Source: a virus
Lineage: Duplodnaviria; Caudoviricetes
IMG/VR virus record: IMGVR_UViG_3300009156_000035
Span: 1 to 55,020 of that record
Length of the DNA stretch: 55,020 bases
Direction: 5' to 3' (one strand)
In this document: positions 37,401 through 45,351 of the stretch, piece after piece
Layout: every line of letters begins with the position of its first letter
How positions within the stretch are numbered: the first letter of the stretch is position 1
Position numbers and translations under genes: made by a program
Notes under the pieces: generated by a model
Database searches by the model: none
What the model was told of the DNA's origin: nothing
The model's input: the letters and a program-made list of their open reading frames with translations, nothing else

Positions 37401-37410
37401 CGACGGTCAC
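31462..37410 (-). CDS. Giant MuF (head morphogenesis) polyvalent protein, ~1982 aa
   Basis: MuF motif KTWLATPDERTRMDH…PGDP…NVINCRC; 7 tags; triplicated KFWP domain; two YRG ADP-ribosyltransferase-like modules; C-terminal HELGH…EMVARSFEQY (LPD1/zincin-like). GTG 37410 with GGAGG RBS preferred over 37563. Confidence 0.8.
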   Translation of the reverse strand: MTVVAFDPAKHPRHPAGAPGSTGGEFAPKGAPGFVDREGNVQPIRRLPPGEFDPDGPVKFWPEKIGRGLPIGKGSGGAAWKAWVDPKSGKELAFWFVTDMGAPHHLDMAHALGITPPSMDEVLVGPLRVSGFGPSTDMGWMASYFANDLGVKKDEMMRLEGTGNKLHSLIMDAVEEVPKRHKKDIKDANIISVAPAMAASALLDDERLLKAVERLQRQYEKVYRRAARRAAVDYKAASVVVQAAGGPLPEEVVKAAALVESFLRLTGVARRELLREILNALLIIYGLNAEERAAELKAIAEYSKLLEQQVGVQAERLVAGVQDAAANVMLDSLHEGWSIPQTAKALTEKIDGIAPWQATMLARTDLIALANGASQQRAVVVNSPELQFKTWLATPDERTRMDHRHAHGQTVPISQPFTVGGEQLLYPGDPSASDGNVINCRCTLIYGKDAFGPPGIKQIVMKGDLAVSAAGYDPTQPRDPGGEGGGQWVKTGAGTDAPRGFPPGEFTPEDSVKFWPEKMGAYSGFQQDAPYGPFWKALIDADTGEEKAFWFVNVNGSPHHFHMIDALGLPKDRAFYFLPSGYGEVVSSINYVKQDPYAIVERHRRDIRDANAMLPENQQDRALAAAAWDETKHPRHPKGSDEGGEFRKGTISGDIRSGLGEYLKTKGVYDPWGTADRIMPLGKPFFITEIHPLRTNVKYGHVTSFKADATVRHPGTVANPFTGQDEPADFGGDFFVTIEYKAPLPRKAGGPMPKTKTTITEKPREQRATHKTGPSGLDASAFVEGQHPRHPAGTDKGGEFAPKFIGQSRPLGAQLEKEIQRQRAERAKTYGQGRMPDHFPMGIFEPKDSVKFWPNRMGTLHGEPVWKAITDHAGNELAFWFVDKYGKPHHSHMTAALGLPVGDVNFGNKIMAGHGMTPNDYDDEEIAKQVAARHRKDIRDAQEIVEGGLAAAVWVEVELREEDIVGVLTAAGWDPAKHPRHPAGSPEGGEFAPKGFYHGAMIARDENDKPIGYQAFRMDRDVPGKHEGRTLAGPVRETYQEAAEDARQAQDAESGAENAAGAQVDWSTAEKEFRDWSEGMRPYYTEAEGYPVGYFEGLQEEAWGTYQDWVNRELPKLQARLNGAQVAGLKITPQLNPQTDGDMDVALDPERAADSGPDFEVTLPAAEGGMEPSFTVWTYPEGANKRHETDEDWFEQPEGVQVEEVLDITDTDFFPDGPDSDLAGDYARAVDAARGLPDEPGFVTIYRGMSDTEYDAWLEGDEIPTGKWFAGIPTAQFAQDINREPPTLRSFRIPRHMLMQTGEHEFQLKKKARLRNGAIEPADTVRASAGTEIRDAALALVEALSAAGYNPAQPRDPGGEHGGQWVDWVAVREQQSAEAVKRKEEEPHTRPEGEKFDEDRLLAVMEQNVEEASGGVKIPTGDYWKPENREARAEQLKHRKAYYTKVTQRLADRLEGDPDFAELPEIFALEVGDESDRYMPFGTTLEKVQALHQGWANGQDTFTAMAIKDAVADEFGLDKPAAMLAKDRWRNNSYYSQMGPAYGHPGLRKFVRAVYGETQAELDRLGIDQLTLYRGDTTRQPEGLWPASATALRRETADDYAKGMSNWYGKPADGVVRKMVTPASNVWSLPWTGIGEPESEEVILVGDRDLKEQPVRAAAFVEADHPRHPKGSERGGEFRAKNGSEVSEDPFNLRELLRLPDPGERSTGPMQRGEVRSVLDKLVISGPDIVEPVLEAAKTIDQTMHWPAVPGEPGLKVGPGQKGKANQGVFWRYEGTMKPDRITLAPDGVNPISSATHELGHYLDSLLGQDAWADPKYVGSEKGRENWFNYSSSDPYGTLAPVVTAIKETDMYRGLAGGMQGAEFQYGGRYFRPGPRHVQYLMNPEEMVARSFEQYIAAKNPGSKIARTTRHAFSQETNLFPPEYPGYLKGKDLENVNAAWDRVLEERGLLKVPAGVAKPKVSDAAAEVYAERERKLKQMQTS

Positions 37411-37631
37411 TCTTCCTCCACGGGCGTCTCGGTCGTCACGATGCTCCAGCAGAGCAGCAGCAGCGTCAACGCCTGGAGCACGCGCAGGGCGACCGTCTTC
37501 TCGACGGACGTCCAGGTGAGGATCGTCGCGAGCACGAACACGACGCCCAGCCAGAAGCCCCACGCGCGTCGCTCGCGGGCGCTCGTCCGGGAGGCCAGCC
37601 AGTCGCTGGGTCCGAAGAAGATCCGCTTCAC
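37407..37631 (-). CDS. Small two-TM membrane protein
   Basis: GTGA overlaps on both sides; two hydrophobic helices. Confidence 0.6.
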   Translation of the reverse strand: MKRIFFGPSDWLASRTSARERRAWGFWLGVVFVLATILTWTSVEKTVALRVLQALTLLLLCWSIVTTETPVEEE

Positions 37632-39601
37632 AAGACCCTGTCGAGGTAGGCCCGGAGACGCGGCGGGAGCGGCGGCGGGTTCTCCTCGAACAGCGTCTTG
37701 GCGGCGTGCTCCTCCAGCATCAGCGCGATGCGGCGACCGATCGCCGGATCGACACCGAACTCGGCGGCTACGTCGGCGAAGCCGTCCCCGGCCCCCTTGA
37801 CCAGCTCTTGCGGCGTACCCAGGCTCGCGCCGGAGCACTTCTCCATCCCGAGCAGCGCCGCTACGCCGGTCGTCCCCGACGGGGGCACGCTGGCGACGAG
37901 CGCGTGCAGCCCCTCGTCCTTGCGCACGCGGGTGCGCAGACGTGACCCGGCCAGCTCGCGTGCTCGGCGGGTAGTTGCCCTAGCAACACCGGCCAGCTCT
38001 GCGGCGTAACCGGAGGCAGCGACGGAGCTGTTCCCGTTCTTCTTCACCGTCTTGTCGTCGACCTGATCGACCTGCGACTCCTCCTCGACCTCGGCGCTGT
38101 CGTCCTTCTCCGGAGGCGGCTCCCCCTCGGCGGTGTCGTCCTGCAGCAGATCGTCGACCGACGGCTGCGGCATGACCGGCTCCGGCTTCTCCGGCCGGTA
38201 CTTCTCGGGCAGCATCTGCGGATCGTTGAACTGCTTCGCGAGGGCGATCCGGAACTCCTCGTCGTCGGGTTCGTCGTCGTCGTTGAAGCCGCCCGCGTCG
38301 CGCCAGGTCGCCCCGCTCAGCTCTCCCTGCGCATACAGGGCGGCGGCGTCCTTGTTGCGGTCGGGGTTGTTGATGACCTCGGCCGGGTCGTACCAGATCG
38401 TGTAGTCGGCCCAGTTCTCGACGCCCTGCTTCTTCAGGTACGGGCGCAGGTAGACGCCGGTCAGATCCTCGACGAAGAGGTTGGCCATCGGCTGCAGGTG
38501 GGCGCTCCAGGTCTGGTCATCGACCAGCCAGGCGCTCCAGTGGTTGGCGTCGCCCACGCCGAGCAGCTGCTCCTTGGGGAAGTCGAGACCGATCGCGATC
38601 CGGCTGATCAGCTCCGTCCGCAGCCCCTGCTCCTCGTACTTCTCGTTGGGACTGCCGATCGGGATCCAGCGCAGCTCCTTGAGGTGCTCGGCAGGACCCT
38701 GGATCACGATCGGCACCACTGCGGCGGCTGAGCCAGGGTCGCGGATCGCGGTGGTCGCCGCCCTGTGCAGCAGCTGCATGACCGGCGACTTCGTCTGGTC
38801 CTGCTCTGCGCCGGTCGGCATGTTCGCGAAGATGATCTCGGTCGGCACGGCGAGGATCCCGGCCCCGTTGAGGCGGGAGCGCGCGCGGGCACGGACGGCC
38901 AGCTGGAGCAGCTGTAGCTCCTCGAACAGCGTCAGGCAGGCCCGCATCGGCGCGTCGGCGAGCATGGAGTAGCTCGGGTGCCTGCGCCAGAGGCGGTAGA
39001 CGACCGCCGTCTTCTGGTTCCCCTTGTCGACCGGCTCGAAGTCGTCGTCGGGTGCAGTCAGCAACTCCTCCGGCGAGACGGACGGCGCGGCGTAGCGGAC
39101 GTAGCCCCGGCCGGGCGCGAGCCGCAGCTCGTTCGAGGACAAGCACTCCCAGACCTCCTCCTCGGTGTCCGGGTTCTCGGTCACGGTCAGGTAGGTCTCT
39201 CCGGTGAGGAACATCAGCCGTGCCCACGCGGCCTGGAACTGGGAGCGGCCCCCGCTCGGGTCCTTGATCCGCTCCAGCGCCTGGACGCCGGGGTCGTCCG
39301 GCTCGTCCTTCAGCTCCGTGACCTCGCCCTGCTCGTCCTTCTTGGCGATGTAGAGCCTCAGCTTGCCGATCGCGCGCGCGTAGAACTGGGCCGCGTACCA
39401 GGCCTCACCGCAGCTGTCGTACATGGTGAGCGCCTCGTTCTGCCACAGCTGGCTGAGGCGGCGGTACTGCTCGGCGCGCGAAGGGTTGACGCGTTGCCCA
39501 CCCGCAGTGAGGGCCTTGCGGTCTGCGCCAGGAACGAGCGGGATGTCCTCCTCGGGGAAGAAGACGCCGCCGTTCGTAGGCAGCTTGCGTGGGCGTGCCA
39601 C
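37628..39601 (-). CDS. Portal protein
   Basis: ~657 aa upstream of MuF; GETYL, RLWRRHP…ADAP, RSRLNGAGIL, GLDFPKEQLLG.GDANHWSAW motifs of cluster-B-like portals. Confidence 0.85.
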   Translation of the reverse strand: MARPRKLPTNGGVFFPEEDIPLVPGADRKALTAGGQRVNPSRAEQYRRLSQLWQNEALTMYDSCGEAWYAAQFYARAIGKLRLYIAKKDEQGEVTELKDEPDDPGVQALERIKDPSGGRSQFQAAWARLMFLTGETYLTVTENPDTEEEVWECLSSNELRLAPGRGYVRYAAPSVSPEELLTAPDDDFEPVDKGNQKTAVVYRLWRRHPSYSMLADAPMRACLTLFEELQLLQLAVRARARSRLNGAGILAVPTEIIFANMPTGAEQDQTKSPVMQLLHRAATTAIRDPGSAAAVVPIVIQGPAEHLKELRWIPIGSPNEKYEEQGLRTELISRIAIGLDFPKEQLLGVGDANHWSAWLVDDQTWSAHLQPMANLFVEDLTGVYLRPYLKKQGVENWADYTIWYDPAEVINNPDRNKDAAALYAQGELSGATWRDAGGFNDDDEPDDEEFRIALAKQFNDPQMLPEKYRPEKPEPVMPQPSVDDLLQDDTAEGEPPPEKDDSAEVEEESQVDQVDDKTVKKNGNSSVAASGYAAELAGVARATTRRARELAGSRLRTRVRKDEGLHALVASVPPSGTTGVAALLGMEKCSGASLGTPQELVKGAGDGFADVAAEFGVDPAIGRRIALMLEEHAAKTLFEENPPPLPPRLRAYLDRVL

Positions 39602-39603
39602 GG

Positions 39604-39741
39604 TTACTTCTTGGCCTGCGTCTTGTTGACGCGAGCGGCGACTTCCTGCCTGCGGGCCTCGCGCTGAGCAGCTCTGCGCTCCATGCGAGCCTGCATCTCC
39701 GCCTGCTTCTCCTCCCTCGTCTTGCCACAACCACAACCCAT
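39604..39741 (-). CDS. 45-aa basic peptide starting MGCGCGK (not in ORF track)
   Basis: RBS AAGGAG; first gene after the late promoter. Confidence 0.6.
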   Translation of the reverse strand: MGCGCGKTREEKQAEMQARMERRAAQREARRQEVAARVNKTQAKK

Positions 39742-39775
39742 GTGTGCTCCTTCACGTTGGACTAAGCCAGCGCGA

Positions 39776-39798
39776 AGGGTACGGCGGGGGGCGGCGGT
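39776..39798 (-). promoter_or_regulatory. Putative late promoter ACCGCCG-N10-TACCCT
   Basis: Upstream of the portal operon. Confidence 0.6.
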
Positions 39799-39802
39799 GG
39801 CC

Positions 39803-40111
39803 CTAGTGGTCGAGCTTCGCGATCAGAGCGACGGTGGCGCTGAGTGCCCAGGGGAACGCCAGGCCGATCGTCCAGTCCGGCGACAGCAGCCACGCCAGCC
39901 ACACGATCACGCCGAGCCAGAAGCCCAGGCACCAGGGGCAAGTGATCAGCTTGTCGAGCTTCTCCAGGCGCTCCTCAGCGAGCTTGTCGAGCGCCCACTC
40001 GCGCGGCCGGTCGGCGATGTCGTCCTCCGCGATCAGCCGATAGACGCGGAACACGGCCAGCGCCAGGATCAGCGCCCCCCACCAGTCCGGTATGTGGTCA
40101 GGCCAGCTCAT
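39803..40111 (-). CDS. DUF1360-like membrane protein
   Basis: RVYRLIAEDDI…LITCPWCLGFW signature. Confidence 0.75.
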   Translation of the reverse strand: MSWPDHIPDWWGALILALAVFRVYRLIAEDDIADRPREWALDKLAEERLEKLDKLITCPWCLGFWLGVIVWLAWLLSPDWTIGLAFPWALSATVALIAKLDH

Positions 40112-41027
40112 GTGCCGACCTCCGCCACCAGTCCTCCCTCGGTAGCCCATCATCACCCAGCGTCCGCACCCACTCCAGCGTGCGCTCCATCCCCTCTTCC
40201 AGCTCGACCTCCGGTGCCCAGCCCAGCCTGCGAATGCGCTTGGTGCTGAGCCGCTTGACGACCGTCTGGTTCGAGGGAGCGCGGATCTCCTTGATCAGCG
40301 AGTACGGAGCGTCCGTCAGCTCGCAGGCGATCCCGGCCACACGGCGCATCAGGACGGCGGCGTCGTCGCGGCCGACGTTGTAGACGCCCGCCTTCCAGTC
40401 TTCGATCACGAGCCGAGCTGCGCGGACGGTGTCGCCGATCCAGCACCAGGAGCGCTCCGCCCCCAGGTGGACGGGGATCGTTGCCCGGCGCTCCGCCTGC
40501 CAGAGCATGTTGACGATCGCCGCCCTGCCCCGGCCTGCCGGAAGCCCCGGCCCGTAGGGCATGCTGAAGCGCAGGATCGCCAGGTCGCGGGGGGCGTAGA
40601 GCTGACAGACGTGCTCGCCCCAGTACTTGCTCAGGCCGTAGATGTTGTGCGGCAGCACGAACGGCCCCTCGACCTCGTCGCACTCCCGGTCACCGTTGTC
40701 GCCGTACACCTCGCTGGTCGAGGCGTAGACGAGTCGTGCGCCGCAGTTGGCGGCTGCTTTCGCCACGAGCGCTGTCATGCAGGCGTTGTCGGCGATCGTC
40801 TCCGCCGGGTTGTCCTCGCCGAACAGGCGACCGACCTTGGCAGCCAGGTGCACGACGCAGTCGGGCAGCCAGGCCTCGACGACGCGCTCCGCAACACCGG
40901 GGAGCCGCAGGTCGTCGGTCGGGTCGGTGAGCATGTCGATCCCGTAGACGGTGTGGTCGTGCTCCTCCAGCTCGCGCGTCAGGTGCTGGCCGATGAAGCC
41001 CCGGTAGCCCGTGACCAGGACCCTCAT
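40098..41027 (-). CDS. NAD-dependent epimerase/dehydratase (extended SDR)
   Basis: VTGYRGFIG, HLAA, ASTSEVYG, YGLSK catalytic motif. Confidence 0.9.
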   Translation of the reverse strand: MRVLVTGYRGFIGQHLTRELEEHDHTVYGIDMLTDPTDDLRLPGVAERVVEAWLPDCVVHLAAKVGRLFGEDNPAETIADNACMTALVAKAAANCGARLVYASTSEVYGDNGDRECDEVEGPFVLPHNIYGLSKYWGEHVCQLYAPRDLAILRFSMPYGPGLPAGRGRAAIVNMLWQAERRATIPVHLGAERSWCWIGDTVRAARLVIEDWKAGVYNVGRDDAAVLMRRVAGIACELTDAPYSLIKEIRAPSNQTVVKRLSTKRIRRLGWAPEVELEEGMERTLEWVRTLGDDGLPREDWWRRSAHELA

Positions 41028-41347
41028 ATGCCGTACTCGTTGAGCAGGCTCTGCAGCTGCTCGTCCTCGCTGGGTGGTCGGTACACCGCCAGCTGCGCCT
41101 GCAGCTCCTGGATCACCGTGCGGTAGCCCGCGCAGCGCGACTCCAGCTTGCGCTGGTACTCCGCCGTCTCCTCCGCCAGCCGCACCATCGTCGCGAGCCG
41201 CTCCTCCAGCTCGTCGAGGACGGAGAGCGCCTCCGGCGTCAGGTCGAGATCCTGCGCACTGCCTGGTGCGTCGCTATGCGCCAGCGCCTCGCAGGTATCG
41301 ACTGATGACGTGATCTTCGGTGGTGTCATCGACCCGCAGGATCGCAC
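41024..41347 (-). CDS. Coiled-coil hypothetical protein (start uncertain)
   Basis: Helical, codon-biased 3' part. Confidence 0.5.
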   Translation of the reverse strand: MRSCGSMTPPKITSSVDTCEALAHSDAPGSAQDLDLTPEALSVLDELEERLATMVRLAEETAEYQRKLESRCAGYRTVIQELQAQLAVYRPPSEDEQLQSLLNEYGI

Positions 41348-41480
41348 GCTCTCCGGGCTTTGTCATGTAGAAGCCCCGGTCGTCCTTCTCCAGGGTCGCC
41401 CCCGCCGCTGCGGCCTGCGCCTCCAGCCGCTTCTTCAGCTCGCTCTTGCTCTCCTTCTTCGGTGCCTTCGTCTCGGCCAT
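41274..41480 (-). CDS. Small basic hypothetical protein
   Basis: RBS AAGGAGG. Confidence 0.65.
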   Translation of the reverse strand: MAETKAPKKESKSELKKRLEAQAAAAGATLEKDDRGFYMTKPGERAILRVDDTTEDHVISRYLRGAGA

Positions 41481-41534
41481 GACTGCCTCCTTGGTGGGTT
41501 TGCCGCTGCGCTCCTACCCGGATTCGGCCTACGC

Positions 41535-42146
41535 CTATCGTCGGCGACCCTGCCGCCGCGTGTACTGCTGGAACCTGACCGAGTCGGCGGCGAGGCGCTC
41601 GTCCGCCATCTCGCGGCGCTCCGGGGCCAGGTGGTGCGTGAACAGGTAGTCCTGCTTGACGCGCGTGTCCGCCGCGCCGCTCTGTCGCGCCGCCCAGGTG
41701 AACCAGTTGTCCGTGTAGTAGTGCATGTCCTCGGGGAAGGGGCCGATCTGCTCGAACAGCTTCTCCGGCCCCCAGGGGATGCGGCAGATGTCGGCGCGGG
41801 TGCCGTCGGGCACGCGCTGGGTGCCATTGCCGCAGGACTGCGTCGTGCCGTCGCTGTTGAGGATCAGCGGCGAGGGGATGTAGCCCTGCGCCGAGGCCTC
41901 CACTCCGGCGAGCCACCACCCGTCGTGGGGGACGATGTCGTCGGCGGTCAGGTGGATGTAGGCCCCCTGCGCCAGGGCGATCCCTTCGTTCCAGGCGATC
42001 GCGCAGGTCTCCCGGTCGGTGATCACGATCCGCTCGGTGTGGATGGAGCTGGTCGTCTCGACGTAGCCCGCGATGCACTTCTCCAGCCAGTGACCGCGCT
42101 CGCTGATCGTGGGAATGACGATGGAGATCAGCGGCTGCTCGTTCAC
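41535..42146 (-). CDS. GT-A/GT2 glycosyltransferase
   Basis: ISIVIPT…WNEGI…TADD…YTDNWF. Confidence 0.8.
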   Translation of the reverse strand: MNEQPLISIVIPTISERGHWLEKCIAGYVETTSSIHTERIVITDRETCAIAWNEGIALAQGAYIHLTADDIVPHDGWWLAGVEASAQGYIPSPLILNSDGTTQSCGNGTQRVPDGTRADICRIPWGPEKLFEQIGPFPEDMHYYTDNWFTWAARQSGAADTRVKQDYLFTHHLAPERREMADERLAADSVRFQQYTRRQGRRR

Positions 42147-42481
42147 GTGACGACCTCGACGGGAATGCCATGCGCTCTCGCCTGCGTCAGCATGTGCGCC
42201 GTGCCCGTCGAGCGGCCGTCCCAGAACGCGATGCAGAGATCCGCGCCCATCACGGCCATCTGCTCGTTCCGAATGAGGCCCGCGCGCTTGCCGTGCGCCT
42301 CCCACATCGCGGGCCAAGGTTCGACGAGCAGCCCGAGCTTCTCCGCCTCCTGGGCGGCGATCCGGTCGGCTCCGCCCGCCGCGCCGTGAACGATCGTCGA
42401 GTCAGGGGGGAGGTCGAAGAGCCTGCTGGCGATCTGCTGGCGGTCGGTCCAGCGACGCGAGCCGCAGACGATGACCCTCAC
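42143..42481 (-). CDS. SLOG family (DUF2493/YspA-like) protein
   Basis: VIVCGSR…IVHGAAGGAD…AGLIRNEQM…STGTAHM. Confidence 0.85.
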   Translation of the reverse strand: MRVIVCGSRRWTDRQQIASRLFDLPPDSTIVHGAAGGADRIAAQEAEKLGLLVEPWPAMWEAHGKRAGLIRNEQMAVMGADLCIAFWDGRSTGTAHMLTQARAHGIPVEVVT

Positions 42482-42613
42482 GCGGTCCGCCGCTCGTGCA
42501 GCCAGTCGCGAAGGATCCTCTGCACGAGCACGCGCAGCTCGACGGACTCCTCCTGAGCATGGTCTTGTAGTTCGATCACCTCGGTCGGCTTCATGCCGAG
42601 CGAGAGCAGCTGC

Positions 42614-43303
42614 TTAGACGCGAGCTTCACCCTTCTCCCACTTTGCCCGTTCCAGCAGCTTGCTGATCCCGCGCTCTGCGTAGGTGCGCTCGTAGTAGGG
42701 GTCGTCGAGGTGGATGTGCGGCAGCATCTTGTCGCCGATGTGCACGATGCACGGCTCGGTGACGCGGCTCCACTGGAAGCCTGCGGCGCGTACGCGCTGG
42801 TTGAAGTCGCCGTCCTCCCAGGGAACCGACGACCACGGCTCGGACGTGTAGCGCACCCCGGCCTCCCAGACCTCGCGCTTGATCACGTTGTTGCCGCCGA
42901 CCGCGTCCTGGAACAGCTCCTCGACATCCGTGCGCAGGCTGATCTGCCCCAGGTTGTTGATGGGGGTGAACTCGAAGGCGAGCCGCACCTCGCTCGGCCA
43001 GCCCGGCAGGTATTCGATGTCGTTGTCCGAGCGGTGCAGGTAGCGCGCACCCAGGTTCGCCAGCTTCCAGCCTCGGTTCGTAGCTGCACCGGGGTAGAGG
43101 TTCTCGCCGTAGTAGACGACGTTCGCCATCCCGCAGTTCTCAATGTCGTCGAGCAGCTTGAGCGTCTCCGGATCGCTGCCGTTGTCGACGATCAGCAGCT
43201 CGCAGTGGTCGTCCTTCGTCTCGGTGTAGCTCTTGACGGTGCGCCAGAGCAGCTCGGGTCGGTCGAGGCTCACGAGCACGGTGAAGATGTCGGTCCGCAT
43301 CAT
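42614..43303 (-). CDS. GT2 glycosyltransferase
   Basis: IVDNGSD, SDND and WEDGDF motifs. Confidence 0.8.
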   Translation of the reverse strand: MMRTDIFTVLVSLDRPELLWRTVKSYTETKDDHCELLIVDNGSDPETLKLLDDIENCGMANVVYYGENLYPGAATNRGWKLANLGARYLHRSDNDIEYLPGWPSEVRLAFEFTPINNLGQISLRTDVEELFQDAVGGNNVIKREVWEAGVRYTSEPWSSVPWEDGDFNQRVRAAGFQWSRVTEPCIVHIGDKMLPHIHLDDPYYERTYAERGISKLLERAKWEKGEARV

Positions 43304-43527
43304 GCGGGCTTCCTCCGCTTCCTGGTCAGGTCATGGTGCTCTATCCGGCGGATGCCCCGGAACAGCACACCGTTCTCGAACATCACGTAGGCCTTCGTGT
43401 CGTTGCCGTGACCGCAGCAGGCCTCGACGACACCGGGGAGCATCCCGATGCAGGGGTCCGGCTCCGCGCTCGGCGCGTACGCGCGCCCGCACTTCTTGCA
43501 GTCGACGACGAGCAGCTCATCGGTCAC
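43300..43527 (-). CDS. Small Cys-rich protein
   Basis: CKKCG…DPCIG.LPGV..ACCGHG. Confidence 0.6.
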   Translation of the reverse strand: MTDELLVVDCKKCGRAYAPSAEPDPCIGMLPGVVEACCGHGNDTKAYVMFENGVLFRGIRRIEHHDLTRKRRKPA

Positions 43528-43967
43528 CTTGGGTTGCCGTCGCGATCTAGCCCGTGCTGGCGGTAGCGCTCGCGGTGATCCAGCGAGTAGCTGCCCTCCC
43601 ACATGTCGATGCGGTCGGCGCGGGCGAGCACATGCGCTTCGTAGCTCTGCGCGCGGCTGCTCTCGTGTCCCAGCGAGCGCGCGTGGGTCAGGTCGCTGTA
43701 GATGGAGAGCGGCGTGCAGATCGTCCGGATCTTCCAGGTGCCCGGCCAGCTGTCGGCCTCGCGGCACAGCCGCCGGATCACGTCGAGGAACGAGAGCACG
43801 TGGCGGGTGCGGATCTGACGGCCGCGTGGCCCCACCTTCGACTCCCAGGCGAAGCCTGCGCGATGGACGGTGCGCAGCTCGTCCTCGTCGTCGAGGTTCA
43901 CCAGGGTCACGATCGCGCCGTCGTACGCGCGCGAGTCGCCGTTGCCCTCCATCGCGTTACCTCTCAC
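43524..43967 (-). CDS. Hypothetical protein with own early-type promoter
   Basis: Promoter at 43988 and GGAGGTGG RBS. Confidence 0.6.
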   Translation of the reverse strand: MRGNAMEGNGDSRAYDGAIVTLVNLDDEDELRTVHRAGFAWESKVGPRGRQIRTRHVLSFLDVIRRLCREADSWPGTWKIRTICTPLSIYSDLTHARSLGHESSRAQSYEAHVLARADRIDMWEGSYSLDHRERYRQHGLDRDGNPR

Positions 43968-43987
43968 CTCACCACCTCCAGGCGAGG

Positions 43988-44000
43988 AGTATAGCGCATT
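43988..44000 (-). promoter_or_regulatory. Early-type promoter (AATGCGCTATACT)
   Basis: Repeated motif. Confidence 0.65.
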
Positions 44001-44598
44001 AGACGGCCAGGCCGTGCTTCACCCGGATCTGATGATAGGTGTGCGCTGCGACGCGGCGGTGTCCGGGGGCGTTGCGCGACACACGGCTGACGTGCGCCTT
44101 GTAGACCGCGTCGGGCACGTAGACGATCGGCACCCCGCGCAGATGCACGGTCAGGAACAGATCCCAGTCCTCGTAGCACGGCCACTCCTGGAAGCCGCCC
44201 GCCTCGAAGAAGGTGTGGCGACGGATCAGGGTGCCGATCACGCAGCGGTTGATCGCGCGCATGTCGCCAGGCTCGTTCGGAAGGCAGGCCGGAGCGGTCT
44301 TCCGGCGGGGGTCGATGTACTTGACCGCCGGGGCCAGCAGCGCCTCCCCCCCATCCACGTAGCGGCTCATCGCGTCGACGTAGCCGAAGTCCAGCTCGTC
44401 GTCAGCGTCGAGGAAACAGAGCCACTCCGTCTCCACCTGCTCGGCGGCGAAGTTGCGCACCTCAGCGAGCGTGGCGTCGGGTAGGTGGAAGACGTACGTG
44501 TTCGCCTGCCCCGTCGCCGACGGGTACGCGCGTGAGAACGCCAGGTCGCGCCAGCGTTCGTCGCCGTGCGAGCAGATCAGGATCGTGAGGTCTTCCAC
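43999..44598 (-). CDS. GT2 glycosyltransferase
   Basis: FLDADD, GGF and YEDWDL motifs. Confidence 0.8.
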   Translation of the reverse strand: MEDLTILICSHGDERWRDLAFSRAYPSATGQANTYVFHLPDATLAEVRNFAAEQVETEWLCFLDADDELDFGYVDAMSRYVDGGEALLAPAVKYIDPRRKTAPACLPNEPGDMRAINRCVIGTLIRRHTFFEAGGFQEWPCYEDWDLFLTVHLRGVPIVYVPDAVYKAHVSRVSRNAPGHRRVAAHTYHQIRVKHGLAV

Positions 44599-45335
44599 AG
44601 CCGCTCTCGCTGGCGGAACAGTCGCAGGTCGGTTCGCGTCTTGGCGGCACCGAGCTGGTAGACCTCGTCGCGCTTGCCCTTGCGCCAGACCGGGTGCAGG
44701 TGCTCGACGACCGCCTCCTGGCAGTAGCCGTACTCGCCGCGAGCCTGCGCCGTCCACATGAACTCGGTGTCGACGTAGGTGTGGTCGTAGCCGGTGTGGA
44801 AGATCGCGTTCGGCTCGTCTGCTGTGCCGCGCTCGAAGTACGAGCGCGCCACGAGGAAGTGGGGGGCCGGGGGGATCTTGTGCCGCGAGGCCCAGCGACC
44901 CAGGTCATTCACGCCCATGGCGTGCTTGCCCTGTGTCTCGGCGCAGGCGATTGCCTTCTCCGCCCAGCCCGGTTCGAAGTGCAGGTCGTCGGCGGCGGTG
45001 AAGATCCACGGCTCCTTCGTGAGCGCCGCGCCGAGGTTGATCTTGCGCGCGTAGTCGCCGGGCCTGCGTCCCTCGTACAGCTGCACGTAGTCGCAGTCGA
45101 GGGCCTTGACCGCCGCCATCTCCTTGCGGTCGTGGAGGCTGACCATGAACACCGGCCGCAGGGCCACCTCGACCACCGACTCCATCAGAGACGAGTAGAC
45201 GAGGAGCGCGCGCTGCGGCCTGTAGAGCACAGGGAGGACGACGCGAACGCCGTCCTCCCTGGTGTCGAGACGCTGCTCGGCGATGCCCACGTCTACAGGC
45301 ACCAGCGATAGCCCTTCATGTTCAGACCGCCCCAC
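44577..45335 (-). CDS. GT-A glycosyltransferase (start uncertain)
   Basis: VVLPV…KINLG…AADD…YVDTE…EHLHP. Confidence 0.7.
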   Translation of the reverse strand: MGRSEHEGLSLVPVDVGIAEQRLDTREDGVRVVLPVLYRPQRALLVYSSLMESVVEVALRPVFMVSLHDRKEMAAVKALDCDYVQLYEGRRPGDYARKINLGAALTKEPWIFTAADDLHFEPGWAEKAIACAETQGKHAMGVNDLGRWASRHKIPPAPHFLVARSYFERGTADEPNAIFHTGYDHTYVDTEFMWTAQARGEYGYCQEAVVEHLHPVWRKGKRDEVYQLGAAKTRTDLRLFRQRERLWKTSRS

Positions 45336-45351
45336 CAGGGGACGCAGTCGC

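Noticed and set aside
37411-37563. Extended N-termini in the track (MuF protein from 37563; likewise portal 39736, terL 48228, MCP 6771, 9799 ORF from 11304)
   Set aside because: Extensions overlap upstream genes or lack an RBS; better-supported starts lie downstream.
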